In this document: positions 35,418 to 54,022 of the stretch, one piece after another
Numbering within the stretch: position 1 is the first letter of the stretch
How the letters are laid out: each line of letters begins with the position of its first letter
NCBI GenBank assembly: GCA_024704765.1
Contig: JAKMXF010000277.1
Coordinates: forward strand, 186,001-250,000
Direction of reading: 5' to 3'
DNA: 64,000 nt
DNA from: Oopsacas minuta
Lineage: Eukaryota > Animalia > Porifera
Program-made: the position numbers and the translations under genes
The notes under the pieces: generated by a model
The model's database searches: none
Told to the model about the DNA's origin: nothing
Seen by the model: the letters and a program-made list of their open reading frames with translations, nothing else

Positions 35418-35753
35418 GCAGTGCAAAATACAAATTGTTATCCGGTTAACTCAATTATAAATGGGTAGAACTTTGCATAACAATTCAGCTATATAATTGC
35501 TAACAATAAAAATAGCCCACTCAATAAAGATTCATATATTGCAGTAGGACGTATTAAGTAAGTGACTTATTCATTACATAATTATAATATAAACTTGGTA
35601 TTCATCAAAGGGTAATTTCTAAGGACATGAAATCTATAAACACATGTAATGTAATCATTTACGTAATTTGTAATGTTTTTATGTTGGCTATTCGATGTGG
35701 GGAAGTTTGACTGTGTATATTCAGTTTACACTAATTAGTATTCAAAACTAGTA

Positions 35754-35854
35754 CAGTGAAAGACGCTTATAACGAACACGGATAAAGCGAAACCAAGGAT
35801 ATAACGAGCAAAGTGTGACCGTCCGAATGAGTTTGTTATAAGCGTGCTCCATTG
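35754..35854. mobile_element. pogo-like MITE (101 bp)
   Basis: TA-CAGTGAAAGACGCTTATAACGAAC ... GTTTGTTATAAGCGTGCTCCATTG-TA. Confidence 0.75.
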
Positions 35855-37116
35855 TACTTCGCTAACCTGAACAAATTTCACTTATCAAAACAAATCATTT
35901 TCTATTTGCATTGGAGTGAAACAAAATTAGAGTTCCATCTTCCTATTCGATTCTCTCCAATCATTTATGGTCTTGCACAGCGGTTCGCAACCTGGTTCTG
36001 TGGAGCCCTTGGTGTTCCACGGACGACAGCAGGGGGCCCATAGGACCACAAAATGTGTATTACATATCATAGGATGAGGGGTACACAGAATGTGTTAAAA
36101 TTGATATAGGGGTGAAAAAAGGTGTTAGTGCAATCCCTGAAGGAACAAAAAAATAGAACAAAACTCAAGTGATATATTTCCTTTGTACTTTGATGTATTC
36201 ATGATGACACATACGTACATTTATAAATACACGCACTTTATGCATGGATAAGTGGGTTTTGAAGTTTTATGGTTTGTGTAGCTTACTAGAATATGAAAAC
36301 TTACACCAATAAATTGCAAAAATATTTTGATTAAATAGGAAATCATGCGAGTGTTTAAACTATAAAGTGAATAATAGAAGATAAATTTTGAAATAACTAT
36401 TGTTTCTATGCAAAAAGATTATTCAAAGCTTTGAAAAGGTACAAAATTGTGAGTAAATACTGAAGAGATCTTTAAGTATACAAATAGACTGCATTAATCG
36501 CAATATTAGATATTCTTTAACTTGAATAATCGCTCTACGCAATATTTCAAATATACACTAAACCGGCAAATAAAAGCACAACAATCAAATCTAATTATAT
36601 TAACAAAATAAAATACTATAAATCTTTCATTTTGTTAAGTAACAAATATTTTAGAATTATTTGATGAATAAAATGGTCAAAAAGTGTCCACCAACGGAAC
36701 AATTAAAGCTGGTAGAGCTGCTCTAATAGAGTAATTAAAATTATCAGAAAAATACTCTCTGTGCCTTTGTAACGGTTCCGTATCAATTAGAAGCAATTAA
36801 GAATACAGATTTATAAACATGTTTATGTTTAATTCAATTAAATTGCTAATTATGTGTATTTATCAACCACATAAGAACACTTTTAGTGGCAAATCGCAAA
36901 ATTAGAAGAGATATTCGCTACTTGAAAATGGGAAAATGGTAATATAAAAGCAGGTACATTTTAAATAAATATTAGCAGTTTGAAAGGATCATGAAATATA
37001 GACCGTTATAATGAATGATGGTAATTTTTGATTATTTAAATAATTTTGAATAATTAATTTCCATAAATATATTTATAAATTATCTACTTTTTCTAGGTAT
37101 TGAAATCAACAAAACG

Positions 37117-42975
<5,859 letters not shown>

Positions 42976-43293
42976 TCACAAGGCCAATTATCCTCCCATT
43001 TTATTAATTCCACAGTGAATTGCCGGCATAAAATTGAATGACACAAGCAATGTATAGATGCACTAACCAATTGACATAATGCAATCAATACGTATAGAGA
43101 CATTGGCTTTTAATAATTATTGATAAGTATATTGTGTATGTTTTTGTTTGTTGTTCTTGTTATTTTTGTAATATTACAATAATTTTAACACTTTATACTA
43201 TATTGGAAGCTCGTTATGCAGTGGAATTGTTTGTATGTCAATTATGCTTAAAATGAATAAACTCACTTCTTTTCCATATAATTCATTATTTTA

Positions 43294-43699
43294 CAGTCAA
43301 CTCCTGTTATATCGAAGCTCAGGGGACCACGATGATAACTATACTCCCTGGCCAAAAGTATTGGAACACCATACCATTAATGACGCATGTGGCATATGGT
43401 ACATTACGAGAATATACGTACTGAATAATCTGAAAATATATCAGAAAAGGCGATTGTAATGATAAAAGTAATGATCGAAATATGATCACAGATGTTTGAA
43501 ATAAGTTTCAGCTTATACAACTAGAGTAAATTCATATTTGTGCCATGTGTCAATTGTGGCAGAGTGTTCCAATACTTTTGGCCAGGGGAGTGTACTTCAA
43601 TAAAACCGATAAAATATGTTGCTTTAAAGGCTTGGGGCCATTTTAGTACAATTGTAGACTTCTATATAAGCGGGTGTTTCGATGTAACGGGAGTGACTG
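43294..43699. mobile_element. pogo-like MITE (CAGTCAACTCC family) interrupted by Tc1 MITE copy 2 (43342-43592)
   Basis: Outer TIRs CAGTCAACTCCTGTTATATCGAA / TTCGATGTAACGGGAGTGACTG with TA; inner element near-identical to 7956-8205 with TA TSD. Confidence 0.85.
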
Positions 43700-44271
43700 T
43701 ATTACAAATGCGTGGACAGTGCTAAAACAAATTTTCCGTGAGGTAACGTCTCAACAGCCTTTTCAAAAATCATTCATATCGATGTGACATAGATAGAGGT
43801 CCTTTGGCCACAAGATAACGATACGATTTCCGATAATCAAAATACAATAGGGAATTACACAAGCCATTTAAGGGATTGAAAATTTGTACTCACTGAAAAT
43901 CTATACAAAATCTGGTCCATTTCCCAATTGGAACAAAGTATAAAGTTTATCAGTAGACAAAATGAATAGGAAATAGTGAATTAACTGTATACACGAATTT
44001 TAACATATTCTCTCTAATTATAACACCATTAATTATCCAATTAATAGACATAAGGCTTCGAATGAAAACAAGAATATATATTCTATGAGGAAATTTGCTC
44101 ATCTAGTACAGATTATGTAATGCGTGTTGATTATCTTGTTTGATGGATTCAATTGCGGAAATATTGGGTGATTGTAGATTGCCCGAAAATCCATAATAGT
44201 AGATGTAAGTAAATGCCCTACTGGATTGTATACGTTTCTTGCAAAAAATTTTCGTCATATCTTGAACAGTA

Positions 44272-44852
44272 CAGTCCAGGCTTGGACCGGGTCACTATTT
44301 TCAATAAATTTCCGGGTCTGAACCGGGTCACTGATTTTGACTTGACCCGGTTTATATCTTTATGGATAATTAAATTATAACGGTTTGTAAATCATAAAGA
44401 TTCAGTCAATATTAGTTACACGTTTCATTTTCATGAATCATTAGTATTTTTACTAAACTTGTTTAGTATCATTACTACTGTATACTTATATACATATATA
44501 CTCTTATGTACGTATATAGATATGTAATATAGAAAATTAATGTTTTGAAAACCGGGTCAAATAACGAAACCGGGTCACCGGGTCAGAAATTTCAACCTGG
44601 TCAGCCGGGTCACCGGGTCAGGATATCATGACCCGGTCCAAGCCTGGTACAATCAATCCCGTTATATCAAAGCTCAAGGGACCGTGATAATTAATTCGAT
44701 ATACAGTGGAACCTCATTAATACGAACTCGGAATAAGCGAATACATTTTGGCCATCTATTGGTGTTCGTTTTAGGAGATTCCACTGTATGTGTAGTTCGA
44801 TATAACCTGTCCGAATTCGATATATCCATGTTTGATATAACGTGATTGGCCG
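44272..44852. mobile_element. Triple-nested MITE cluster: hAT (44277-44646) and an 83-bp pogo-like MITE (44704-44786) inside a CAGTCAA-family pogo-like MITE
   Basis: hAT TIR CAGGCTTGGACCGGGTCA / TGACCCGGTCCAAGCCTG with TSD GTACAGTC / GTACAATC and CCGGGTCA subterminal repeats; inner TA-CAGTGGAACCTC...GAGATTCCACTG-TA; outer right end GATATAACGTGATTGGCCG. Confidence 0.8.
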
Positions 44853-45499
44853 TGTTGTATCCAAACAGGTGTAGTGCTAGGCAAATTCCTGACGCGTCCA
44901 GACATACAACCATGCAGATATTCCATCCTAACCTTACTGGACAATAAAAGTCAAAACCACTATACTATTGTAAATTTAATGTTTACTCTATCAACATTGC
45001 AGTTCAATTGCACGAATATCTTCAATATATAAAGTAGGTGGAAGGAAGTTTATCATACTAATGACCTTTGAAAATGCTCTTGCATAGCATATGGTACCAC
45101 ATAGACTAGTTTAGATATTATTACAATTCTACAATGTTCATGCTTATAAATGGAGTCTTGATTTAATCAAACAATTAGAAGTAATGTTAAATCATTCTAG
45201 GAAAATGAATTAATAATCATGCAGACTGGGTAATTAAATATTGGCAAATAGTTTAGGAATTGTATAGAAGACATCTCTGTAGGGGAAACATGACTCCAAG
45301 AGGATAATATAATGAATTGTATATATTTGGTTTATGTTGAAAGAGATAGAAAGCCGCAACACATTTTCAATGATATTTTCTGTGAATACTATCTGGGATA
45401 TATTTGATGATAATTATGCTTAGTGTTTCCAACGTAAATTTCGAAAAAAAACCCAAGCTGATATATAAAAATTGGGATTTTTGTTTATCGACTTGGGTG

Positions 45500-45960
45500 T
45501 TACTTTGTAGGGAAATTCACGAACAATTAAATCTTGAATATACAAGAAAGTTGAGCCAGCTAATGACCGAAATGTGTACATGGATTGTTAGAATATTCTT
45601 AGAACAAACCCCCAAGTCTTACGATTTTTCCTTACACGCGAGAGAAACACAACTCAAGCGTTGGAGACACTGGAACAGACGAAACAAAATTTCAATGATA
45701 TCTACTATCTCGGATATATTTGGTCAAAATTAATCATATAATGATATGAGTTCAATGATAAGTTAGTTTGAAAAAGGCAAAATACAAATTGCAACAGGGG
45801 AAATGATAAACTTAAGGCCGAGGTCAGATTATGGTGAATTAAAAATGGTAATTTACAAAACCACATCAAAGTATATGATGTCTGGAAATATAAATGAACT
45901 AAAAAGATCAGATGTCTCTTAAGCAAGGGAAATGTCCAACGACTGAATATCAATGGATAA
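45500..45960 (+). pseudogene. Decayed coding relic, possibly CRAL-TRIO (MOSPD2-like)
   Basis: Protein-like frame with several stops: NILRTNPQVLRFFLTRERNTTQALETLEQ, IYYLGY, KLKAEVRLW. Confidence 0.25.
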
Positions 45961-46382
45961 AATCATTAATTGACTGTTAGTAAAAATGCAACAAAATAAT
46001 TTTGATTCTTTGTGGTTGTATTATATTTAGGTCATATTGAATGCTAACTCAACCAGAAAATTTGTAAACTTGTCTAGAATATGTAATCAACAGTTTTAAT
46101 AGAACTTGTCTAAGAGCTAACACCAAAAATCCTATTTGAATAGGGATTGTATTCAAATTTATGAGGACCAATTTTGGGTTTGAAAGAAGTAATAGGTTCT
46201 AACTGAGTGTATGTCTAATGACTCTTGGCCGAGTTTTACAGGTTATTCATTGAAAAATTATTGATAGTATGTGAATTTATGTCAGGATGTTGGGCCACCG
46301 ACGCGAAAGGGACGTGGACCTAACTAATCGGTCGTTACATGAAACCGAAGAGATTCTTTCGAAACTTAGGAATACATACGTA

Positions 46383-46618
46383 CAGTAGACTCCGCGTAAT
46401 AGAGTCACATACTGGGGCGTAACTAGAGATCTCAGAGCGAGGAGGCAAGGATGAATATTTGCCTCAATAAAATGGCGATTACAAAGGTAGATAAAGCAAC
46501 TCCCGAAAAAGCGAGGAGGCAGTTGCCTCCTCTGCTTCAATGCTAGTTACGCCCTAGACATCGAGGACGAGGCCATTTTGACCCGACTAACAGTGGCTCT
46601 ATTAAGCAGAGTCTACTG
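46383..46618. mobile_element. pogo-like MITE containing a hAT-like insertion
   Basis: TA-CAGTAGACTCCGCGTAATAGAG ... CTCTATTAAGCAGAGTCTACTG-TA; internal inverted repeats CTGGGGCGTAACTAG / CTAGTTACGCCCTAG. Confidence 0.7.
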
Positions 46619-48292
46619 TATTTGATTGAGAATAATGAAAATTTGATAAAAATTACAAAATATCTATTGAATGGTGCACCAGAATATTACATAGGATTTA
46701 CCGAGATTGCCATGGGTCAAAAGGCCATTTCTGGATACCTGAGTAGGTTACGACGTCGATGATTGAGGGGAAGCATATAAATATTAGTCTGCCTAGTAAA
46801 TCGGGACAATCCCGGGTTTTGACAATTTTCGGTAGACATGACGCCACAAATACAGGACAGTAGTCAAGTCTCTAATTCCACGTGAACAAATCATCTGTAT
46901 AATCTCAAAATATAATCATATATTATACCAAGACCTTAAAATAATTGGTTTGAACTCTGAAGAATAACAAAACATTCCATTGTAGAGTATTAATGCAGTC
47001 AGAGCAATCAAGTAAAACAAGTTAACAACTAAACGCAAAGTAATACAGGTAAGTTGACAACCACAATTAATAGAATTTCCTTTGATCTTTATAAGAGCAT
47101 CCGCACGTGTATGCGTACAATAAGCTCTAACAAATATACTACTTGATAGCTCAGATCTCGAAAGTTATTAAAAACCGCATTCTGCAACATTAAAGTGTAT
47201 CTCAATAAAGTTGAATACAATAATTGAATCCATTAAGATTTCTCATCGCTAAATTCGCAATAAAATCAAATTAAATTAATCAATTAAATACGAACCATAA
47301 AAGGAATAATTAAGTTATCAAAAAATGTACTTACTCTAAGAGCATTTCACTCCAGCTTATAGCAATGTATTTTTGTATTGAATAACAAGTATACACTAAA
47401 ATACTTATGAGACATTACAGAAATTACTTAGAATTGATTTGAAGGAAGTATAACTTAATTGCGGAAACGCATTACAATATGTATAGTGAGAAAAATATTT
47501 ACAAATATGCCTAGTTGATCCAAAGGAAATAGGTAGAAGGATGTTTATGCCTCATTTCCCGGAAACTATTCTGTCCGTTTTCTCAGTGAGAACACAAATT
47601 GAAAGTTGTATCCTCATACTATTAACATGTATTCCATCCTTGATTTAATTGATAACAAGAATTGTAGTCTATACGGAGGGTGAAACAAATTAGCACTCTA
47701 AAGTATGCAGAAATTATGCTCTGTATTCTGTTAGTTAAATGATCATAAAGTTCAGTAGTTTGATGAAACTGGTGGATGAGATTACCCCCCAAATGGGATC
47801 GTATTTGAACCATGGACATATTGTGGAAGTAGTCTGTACACAGGTTTCTCCCACTGAATCTGAAGTGAATACAATTTGTAAAATGACCTAGTGTAATCTC
47901 CACAAACTGGGTGCAGGGACGCCGAAAAATTCTACCCCGTTCCCCCGTCTCGCCAAATTCCCAATTTGTGGAGGTTCATTTCAATGGGATAGGAATTCGT
48001 CCTATTTTTTCACTCAATTTCCACTGGCTCCGTTTGTGGAAGATACACTGCATAATGAATTACTATTTATGCCAGTCCTTTGAGTGCCTATTATAACAAG
48101 TCCTACATTCAGGAAATCCAAAGTATTACGAAGTAATCATAATTAAATATCAGTAGAATCTGCTGGATCACTTTGGGATCAGGCCATTTTGACTTTATGA
48201 TGTTTCCCTAGCCGAGCAAATCATTATTTAGTTCGGTTTCTGGCCCCCAGTAACTCGGTTAACTGGTGTCTCTATTATGTGAAATTTCTGAA

Positions 48293-48453
48293 CAGTCAAC
48301 TCTCGTTATATCGAACAAGGATATATCGAATCCTAGCTTTATCTGAGTCTGGAAATGTACAATCAACCGTCAAAGTAACATACACTGTTTCATCGGTTAT
48401 ATCGAAGTAATTATCGCGGTCCCTTGATCTTCGGTATAACGAGGAGTTGCCTG
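48293..48453. mobile_element. pogo-like MITE (CAGTCAACTC family)
   Basis: CAGTCAACTCTCGTTATATCGAA ... TTCGGTATAACGAGGAGTTGCCTG-TA; relatives near 15739, 35055, 43294, 44272 and 58770. Confidence 0.75.
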
Positions 48454-48629
48454 TATATCATATTATCAATTATAGAATGTATAAATCTATAAGAGTTTCT
48501 AAAATAATTGAAAATATGAAGGCATTTTGTCCATATGCAAAGTTATTTTCGTCCACAAATGAATATATTAACTAACGTCAGGAAGAATACAATGATATTC
48601 TATAAATAATGTAACAAGGCAAAGGCCGA

Positions 48630-51600
48630 TTCAATGCTTCCATCTGTAAAATGATATAACAATATTCTGCAAAATAATCAAATTAGCATATGGTATACAA
48701 ATACATAATAATTGGTGTCTCAATAATTCAAATAGTTTGTAACATACAACAATAGATTGAGACAGGATGATAACTTGATGGTAAGTGTTAACACAGAAAA
48801 GTTCAAAATAAAGTAAGGTAGCATATGAGCAGGGTTCATGGGATAGAATAACGTAGAAAATGTATGATAGAAGCTGTGACGTCATGATCATAGGAACCTG
48901 TCCTCGTTAAAGCCCATACATTTGTGTTCTAGTGGATCTCAAAATAACCAACAAATTGTTTTCTAATGTGTGAATTACATTCAAATCGCTGTTATAATCC
49001 AGATTCGCTACTGTTACATGGGTCTTAGAAAAGCCCAAGATATTTCAAAACTGCACACTGCCACTAAGTTAAAAATTAGACAATTCTTGGGATAGAAAAT
49101 ATGACGAAATTACGAAGTTTTATTGTCGAAACTTTGAATGAAATATAAAGAGGTTCATCATAGAAAACTTTGTATTATATTTACAGTTTATTGTGAACCC
49201 TGTGACGAATTGTTTGAGATTAATCACGGATTGATGGATCGATACTGTGGTTGTGAACCAAGCATCGGGTAGACCTAAGAGCAGGATAAAATTTACGACA
49301 GATATGCCTCTTTTAACCATTACAAGTATATTCGCATTCGTTTATTAATCTACAATACGAATCAATACATTTCTTGAATAATTAACCTCCCTGATACAGG
49401 ATTTGATACCCAAAGACAATCTCCTCCTCCAGCCTGATTATTAGACAATTGATAAGTAGATAATGATTTTTCAAACTATACTCACAGACATACATATGAA
49501 ATAAATACACAATCATATCCTTATACAATTAAGACAGAATGTTTAGAAAGGATATACTAGAGAATATCAAAAATAATCGAATCAAAAGTATAAAAATATA
49601 TTTAATTATTAGACAAACACATTAAAATCAAATTCATGAATAAATTACTGGAATTATTTTCTCTGTTATAAGCCAAACTGGCTACATTACAATACCGATA
49701 AAAAATAACTCAAAAAGGTGTGTGTGAATTTTAACATAAGGATGTGGACTGATAATAATCAATTATGGATAAGAACCAATTATGAGAGTGGGATTAGTGT
49801 TGTCGCATAAACTTAGTGGGTAAACAAATCTATCCGTGGATGAGTCAATTTAATTAGTACTGCTTAGGCAACATATATGGACCGTGGGTTGAAATTTATT
49901 TCAATTAACAAGTCGAGGCTAATGATTAGAGTACGACATAGAACAAAACGCGGTTGAATGTGTTAATTCAATTCAAAGCTAGCGACTCGATCTGAATAAG
50001 CATAAATAGAAAGTAGGCCAGGTTCAATGATATTATCGGCGACATCTGTTTGGGTAAAAGTAATAATCAAACAATTTGACAGTAGGAATATTGTAACAAA
50101 ATTTAATTATTTTTTACATCGTGTTATAAAAATCATGATGAGATGTTCTAATCTAGGAAATATAATTGAAACTCAATCAAGAATTGCTGGTGATGCCACT
50201 GGGAAAACTCTAATAGAAGTGCTAATATTTTAATGCTGAAAATCTGAATAGAATTTTAATTTTGTAGACGCGAGCTAAATTCGTTTGTTTACAACTAGGA
50301 AATAAGGTAATTGGAAAGATGAGAATTACAGTTTTTTGAAAATGGAATACAGTCAAACCCGGGTTTCTAACTATTTATTTGCAGGAAAATGTAGTAAGAA
50401 TAAACTTATAGAAATGCACGTAAATCTCACATTTGTTACAATCTGAATTCAAGAAATATTGTCAGAAAAGAAAAACCATATGCGATAACTAAGAATAACG
50501 GTTTCGACCAATTATGAATGGAGCTACGTATGTATAATGGAATTACGAATTTATTAGACCATTGTAACATATGATTAATCATAATCAGAATTTGGCGATA
50601 TGATCCAAAAATAGCCTAAAATTTGCATTTCGGGGAAACTATGTTGCAGAATATGATTCTGTACTTTCAAATATTAGCAAAATCACATTTTATTAATAAA
50701 TAATATAAATTTTGCGAAAGAATCTGAAAAATAGTTGCGACATTTTGGCAATTGTAATAAGATAGAAATAGCCCTCTCCAGTACTACCGATATGCTGAAG
50801 GGGTCAGTTTCTTTCACACAGCAAAACAGTGTATATTTTAGCCATCATTATATTATAAAATTAAGAGATTCCTCTGTATTCTAATTAAATTCATAACTAA
50901 TGAATTTAGAGACAGTGACAATGCATATGGTGGAACATTATCTTCAATAACAGCTATATCGTGGTGACGACGACCAATGATACAAACTTGAACAAATTAT
51001 ATTCCAATAAAAATCAAAACAAAAAGCCTCAAAACACAAAAATAATTATATTCTCATAAAATCGCCTATCTCTGTCACTGAATAGAATCTCCTTACTTTA
51101 ATTAAAATTAAATATTCTACCATCATTGCTAGATCTTTGATAATTCCAAACACATTAGTAGTAATGTCGAAATAGGTTTGATGCAAAAAACACCGTCCAA
51201 ATTACATTTACAGTCTCTTGAACTTCGTTTGAAGATAATTAGATAAACCAATATTAGAAAATAATTAAAGAGGTCAGTAGTTTTAATGAGGAAAATTAAA
51301 ATTTGGAGTTCTCATTGAGTTTGTGTTAAGTTCAGTTAGTTAGAAATATTTCACGTTTGATGGAATATTTTTCTCTTTGATGAAATATGTAGATAACATA
51401 TTTCCATCAAAAGGTTAAAATATTCTATCAAAAATGTCATGTACAGCTCCTATAGGGAGATACCCACATGGCATGGACGAGTGCGTTTGTACGTCCATTC
51501 GTCCCTCGATAATCCGGACAGGGACTAAATGTTATACAATCTCAGTATGTTCGATTCTATTTACTTCCTTAATAAACACGATAAATACATAGTTATGTGA

Positions 51601-53260
51601 CAATTTCAAAAATTGCATACCGTAAATCCTTTCCTTGACAACGGACAAACAAACAAATAAGATAGATTCTTTGAGATTTTTTCTCTTGCATTAGAGGCGC
51701 AAAAAACGTGATATATTACACATGTTGACGGCATAATCATCGTTAGTACAACTCTCTCAATTGGAACAGTACTGTTCGGATTACTGATTGCATCAATTAA
51801 AATACACAAGACTTTACATGCAATAATCAAATCACAAATTGAATTAAATAATTATTGAGTAGATTCAATCAAAATAATAATTAATTCTATTAGAATAAAA
51901 TCGATAATTTAATTACTAAAATCATTTGTATTACTTTTCAGTTATTATAATTAGTAGAATGTTAAGAGATAGTTTAGCAATGTTAAGAGATAGTTTAGCA
52001 ATGTTAAGAGATAGTTTAGCAATGTTAAGAGATAGTTTAGCAATGTTAAGAGATAGTTTAGCAATGTTGAAAGCGTTTCAAATTGGGATTAATTATATTC
52101 AGATTATGTTAAATGCTGTAAATTACTTTTTGGAGATTATAGGCAATATATATAACTGCCAGATGGACAATTCTCAATTAAATGCTAACCTGACTAGAGA
52201 ATTATACTAGATTTTCAGCTATTATTGGCTATCTAGAGTCGTTTGGATTTTGTTTCTATGTTTTGACATCATTTCTGTAAGTGTAATCTAGCCTACGAGC
52301 TACGCTATACACTTTTTGAATTTCTTCCATTCATAAAAATGCCAGAATGGCAACTGTGATTACAAAGTGGGTAAGTGAATATAATTAGGAATAGGAATGT
52401 GGATAAAAGAACTGAGAAGTGTGGAGAGATATTTAAATATTGCTTTGTATTGCTCACTTTGAAAATACGAACTCATTTTTGTACATTTATCAGTAACTTT
52501 AATGCTGTTTCAATTATACATTTCAGAGTTTGATGTTTGATAGAAGAACCATACTTGATATAGAAAATGCAACAATATACTATGGATTTAAGGAATCAGG
52601 AATAACAGTTGGGCAAAAGAGATTTTAAAACCTTACCCGGCATGCTCGGGTCTGTCAGAGGGACTGTCCTGGGTAATAATACTCAAAGTAGCTTATCAAA
52701 TATTATGATTTATTGTCGTTTCACTTCGCCTGGGGTAAGTCTTGTTGTTGTATCAGGAAATCAATTTCCATCATTCAAATAATCAAAAGTTTACAAATCT
52801 AGAAATTCTGTATTTCAATACTGTTAAGATAAGCAGTTATGTTGGCGAAAGTTGAGCAAGTTCAGTTGGAACAAACTATAAATTGAGGTTAGGTTCTGGC
52901 TTCACAAATACAGGGAACTTCTACATTAAGCTACGTACGTAGGCTACTGTATTATATGAAATTATCGCATTAATATTGGAACTCAATTATAATCCATTAG
53001 GGAACATCGCGGAATATAACAATCAATTCAAGCGTCTACGCTAATGTCAATATGAATCAAGAATTTAAAGATCAAAGAAAAAACGCAGTTTTATTGGAAA
53101 TAAAAGAGTTAATCACTGTTAGTTACAGAATCTGAATGGACTGACTATTCCAATGCCAAAAAGTAACTAGAATTAATAGAATTAACTCGATGTTATAATA
53201 CAAGCGCTCGGGGTTGTTTGCAAGCCGCACAGAGGAAAATTCGAAGCGTGCTTGCCATGG
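48630..53260 (-). pseudogene. Tandem array of at least four decayed class A GPCR genes
   Basis: Recurrent class A motifs among stops/frameshifts: MMNLFIF, FNLVAVCSFEISWAFLRPM and SSCLNLLLY (48.6-49.3 kb); RCKK*LNFVTIFLLSN and TLIISLDLLIEINFNP (49.6-50.2 kb); SISVVLERAISILLQLP and LFLLHFP (50.4-51.2 kb); CKVL...IERVVLTMIMP (~51.75 kb); TM1/2 and TM5/6 fragments (52.0-53.2 kb). Confidence 0.5.
51958..52068. repeat. Perfect 21-bp minisatellite (AATGTTAAGAGATAGTTTAGC x5.3)
   Basis: Five identical head-to-tail units plus 6 nt, no spacers. Confidence 0.95.
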
Positions 53261-53610
53261 TAATTCGCTGAAAAATTAGATACTTCACTTCGGAGCAAAT
53301 TTAATTGTAATATTCACCACCAATATTGATGAAGAAATCATGTCTGACAACAAAAGGAATTGATCAATAAAATGACCTTAAAAACGGAATGATTTATATG
53401 TTGAAACAGAATATTTCTATGATACTAATCCTGCGAAATATATGTGTCATTTCATTGTGTAGGATTGTACTGACACACATTACATATTGTAGGTTGAGAC
53501 TTGAGATCTTTAGTTTCTTTCAAAGATAACAAAATTGATGTTTCCAAATCTCAATAGTTGTGTCTGCCTATTTGTCCGATTTTAAAACTTGAATTAAGTC
53601 CTGTTTGAAT

Positions 53611-54022
53611 CAAGCTTGGCAAAAGTTACTACATAGTTAGGTCAGGTCAGGTCACCGTGAAATATATTTCATACAGGTCAGGTCTCAAGATTAATCAGGT
53701 CATTTTCAGTCATGTGACAATCAATTGAGTGCAATCAATCAACTGGGTATACTGCCAGTTTTTACTCAGTATTGAATTTGACGAGAGCCAATTACATTAA
53801 AATATATCAAACTCGAAACTAATTGATCGTATTTTGGAAGTAATTCAATTCAATTTATGAGTTAATTAAGTAACAGGATTAGAAAGGTAAATTATCAGAA
53901 AAGAATACAGTAAACTCTTGAACCCTGAAAATGACCTGAAAATAACCTAAAATGACCTAAAAGGATCTGAAGTGAGCTGATTCAGGTCAGGTAAGGTCAT
54001 GACCAGAACTTTCAAAAGCCTG
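53611..54022. mobile_element. hAT MITE with AGGTCA/TGACCT subterminal repeats
   Basis: Imperfect TIRs CAAGCTTGGCAAAAGTT / AACTTTCAAAAGCCTG; 8-bp TSD GTTTGAAT / GTGTGAAT. Confidence 0.7.

Noticed and set aside
47600-47903. Possible fourth relic of the 8-TM receptor family (TICPWFKYDPIWG)
   Set aside because: Only a short CPW-like match across frameshifts; not distinguishable from chance by eye.
51926-52210. 94-aa ORF with MLRDSLA repeats; possible CRISPR-like array
   Set aside because: Product of a 21-bp head-to-tail minisatellite with no spacers; eukaryotic context with no cas genes.
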